A stretch of DNA of 59,148 nucleotides from Macrostomum lignano (taxonomy: Eukaryota), in assembly GCA_002269645.1 (NCBI GenBank), contig NIVC01004123.1:1-59148 (forward strand). The letters are read 5' to 3'. Positions 57,301 to 59,148 of this stretch are shown here, piece after piece. Both the position numbers and the translations under genes were made by a program. The stretch's first letter is position 1; every line of letters starts with the position of its first letter. The notes below the pieces were generated by a model, which made no database searches, had not been told where the DNA came from, and worked only from the letters and a program-made list of their open reading frames with translations.

Positions 57301-59040
57301 TTATGAATGTGAGATGCCGGCCGCCTTCCCTGACCAGCAGGTTCTGCTGCATCGCCGCAGTGCTGAGGCTGCTGCTGCTGGTCAGCCGGCACCACCAGAA
57401 AAGTTTTCACCCGATGCTCTCTCAGATAAGCGTGCCGGCTTTCACCTTCGCCGTCCTCAAAGCTGTAATCTCCGCCGAGGCTGTCGCGGGTCACCTCGGT
57501 GATGTGCACCCGGCCAGGCCGGCCGCTGGACTCCAGGATCTCCGCCAGGTAGACGTCGCCCGACCAGACGTCGAACTGCAGTTTGTCGCGGCCGAGAACT
57601 CCGCAGATCACCGTGCCGGTGTGAATACCGACTCTCATGTCCACCGGGGCGTTGGTCATCACGCGGACTAGTCTGCCGATATGTATCGATAATAGAATTA
57701 AAGCCAAGCAGATTTAAAAAATTTGCCGATATGTATCGAAGTTAAAATAAAATCCTGTCTATTATACATGGCCTATCTTATATAAATGTTCCCGTATATA
57801 GGGTTTGCCAATTAGGAGCCGTAGCCCAGTGGTCCAGCGCGGCGCTCTGATGTACCAGCGGCCCAGGCTCGATTCCCAGTGTAGCCACACATTAATTTGG
57901 GGCTAAATTGGAATCTCGGCTTGGCTCTGCTCGGGCAATTAACGCCCTTGAGAACCAACCCCCCCAAGGCGCAGTGAAGTGTACATGCCTAACGATAAAT
58001 AAAGTCGGGGCCACTGTACACTCCTGTGTGAGTGCCTGTGCGTATGACTGCGTACGTGTCTGGGCGCTTGTGTGCCTGCTCAGGGGAGTCGGCGGAATGG
58101 GCAGTAATGCCTCTCGCCGGTTGTGTGACAATTTCGCCTAAAGTGCGCTTAAAGTCCCCTTTGCTGGCTGCCTCTAGGTTAGCCAGTTTAGGAGTTTTAC
58201 CGATATGTATCGAAAGTCAATTTAAATTACACGTTCAATATGTATCGAAGATTGAGTGGGAATAACACTCATTTTCAAACATTGCCGATACGTATCAAAA
58301 CTGAGCTTACTCATAAATCATTTTCAAGCTCGTACTCGTATTTTAATAAGTCATGAGCATAAACTGACACTTTAAAATTTTATTAGCCCGCCCGGGGAGT
58401 CATATTTTATCGATGATGAAGAGCTGCTCCACAGTCCAATAAATTATGCTGTGAGTTCGGCCTGAAGCCGGGGCTGCCGTCCGAAATTCGGGACTCCCGC
58501 TGAATCTGGCCGCTGTGCCAGGATTTGGACCGCAACAGCATGTACAGTCTGAGCCATGTGGCTGGCCTTCATGGGTGTGAATTGGACAGACCCCCCCCCA
58601 AGCACCAAACGAACGCGTTTACGCCACAAAATCCAACCAAGGGCCGTGTGGTGCAAAAGTCAAAATAAAATTTCAAGCTCATGAAACTTTAAGCTTGTGA
58701 AAGTCGCACGAAAAAAAACTGGTGCTGATGATATCGAATGTACATCGTCGAAGGCACTAAACTTTAATAATCTTAATTATTAAAACGTTTGAGGCCCCAC
58801 TCACGATATGGTGGAGATCATGTCCAAGCCCATCTCAACGCAGCACTTGGCGTGGTCGGCCCTGGGTTCCGGCAGTCCGGACACGCAGTAGTAGCAGTCA
58901 CCAGCAGCTTGATCCAGGCAGTTGTTGCTTTCAGCCAGCTGGTCGAATCTGGCAAACAGAACGTTGAGCAGCCGGACGATGAACTCCGGTCGTTCTGACG
59001 ACACAGCGTGGTGAAACCGCAGATGTCCGCAAACAGAATG
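51363..59040 (-). CDS. ADCY: Transmembrane adenylyl cyclase (ADCY5/6-like), 3' nine exons; 5' part outside the window
   Basis: Exons 59040-58805, 57672-57298, 56797-56635, 56004-55904, 54800-54710, 54627-54535, 53999-53865, 53226-52443, 51703-51363 are phase-compatible. C1a [27 protein letters not shown]; TM7-12; C2a [33 protein letters not shown] with catalytic residues intact. Exon 59040-58805 has three small deletions. Confidence 0.92.
52045..52409. repeat. 25-bp minisatellite (AAACAGACACAACTGACACAATACC)
   Basis: About 14 units; reverse complement of the array at 53303-53716. Confidence 0.95.
53303..53716. repeat. 25-bp minisatellite (GGTATTGTGTCAGTTGTGTCTGTTT)
   Basis: Inverted relative to 52045-52409. 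Confidence 0.95.
54157..54418 (+). mobile_element. tRNA-derived SINE (same family as 48346), antisense in a cyclase intron
   Basis: GCAGCCTAGTGGTCAGAGCG..GGTTCGATTCCC; shared CCCAGCTGTAAAATGGGTGCCAGCATTAGCTGGGGTAATTGAGGGTGTGTG; ATT tail. Confidence 0.88.
55228..55850. repeat. 20-bp minisatellite (CTACCAATCTGTGTTCCTAT)
   Basis: About 28 units, degenerating rightwards. Confidence 0.95.
56115..56592. repeat. 12-bp minisatellite (CTGTGACCCAGA)
   Basis: About 38 units in a cyclase intron. Confidence 0.95.
56815..57245. repeat. (TAGAG)n/(TAGAC)n microsatellite
   Basis: Direct reading. Confidence 0.95.
57815..58160 (+). mobile_element. Second tRNA-derived SINE family (candidate)
   Basis: Head GGAGCCGTAGCCCAGTGGTCCAGCGCG..GGCTCGATTCCC with A/B-box spacing; body unrelated to the other SINEs. 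Confidence 0.55.
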
Positions 59041-59148
59041 CTGGAAATGCCGAGTCATCTTGGTTCAATTCTGTGCATTCAAAAACTAATCATTGATTAG
59101 TTATCGAGCAGGCATGACACACTGTGCACTGACGCATAGTTCTCATTC

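Noticed and set aside
48346-57880. tRNA-like A/B boxes at 48346, 54157 and 57815
   Set aside because: No complete cloverleaf; they continue into SINE bodies, so not called tRNA genes.

Overview
Eukaryotic (invertebrate animal) genomic DNA with GT-AG spliced genes; no prokaryotic features. GC-rich exons separated by introns that almost all hold their own tandem repeat resemble a Macrostomum-type flatworm genome (inference only). Plus-strand genes in order: RNF170 (3 exons), U2SURP/SR140 (6 exons; one 1-nt frameshift; lacks the C-terminal cwf21/RS part), acid ceramidase ASAH1 (2 exons), a multiplexin (collagen XV/XVIII family, about 16 exons, large Thr-rich mucin segment, very short triple helix, endostatin domain), a possible orphan/decayed multi-exon gene, an intronless homeodomain-type ceramide synthase and a small basic orphan ORF. 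The minus strand carries the 3' nine exons of a transmembrane adenylyl cyclase. Mobile DNA: a candidate LTR, a full-length dead mariner, a piggyBac-like relic, tRNA-derived SINEs and MITE-like hairpins. About 35 micro/minisatellite arrays are present. Most notable: two arrays of the same 25-bp minisatellite in inverted orientation tightly bracket the cyclase TM10-12/C2a exon, a geometry expected to drive back-splicing or exon skipping. All exon boundaries were derived by hand from splice signals, phase compatibility and recalled family motifs; no database search was run, and repeat boundaries are approximate.
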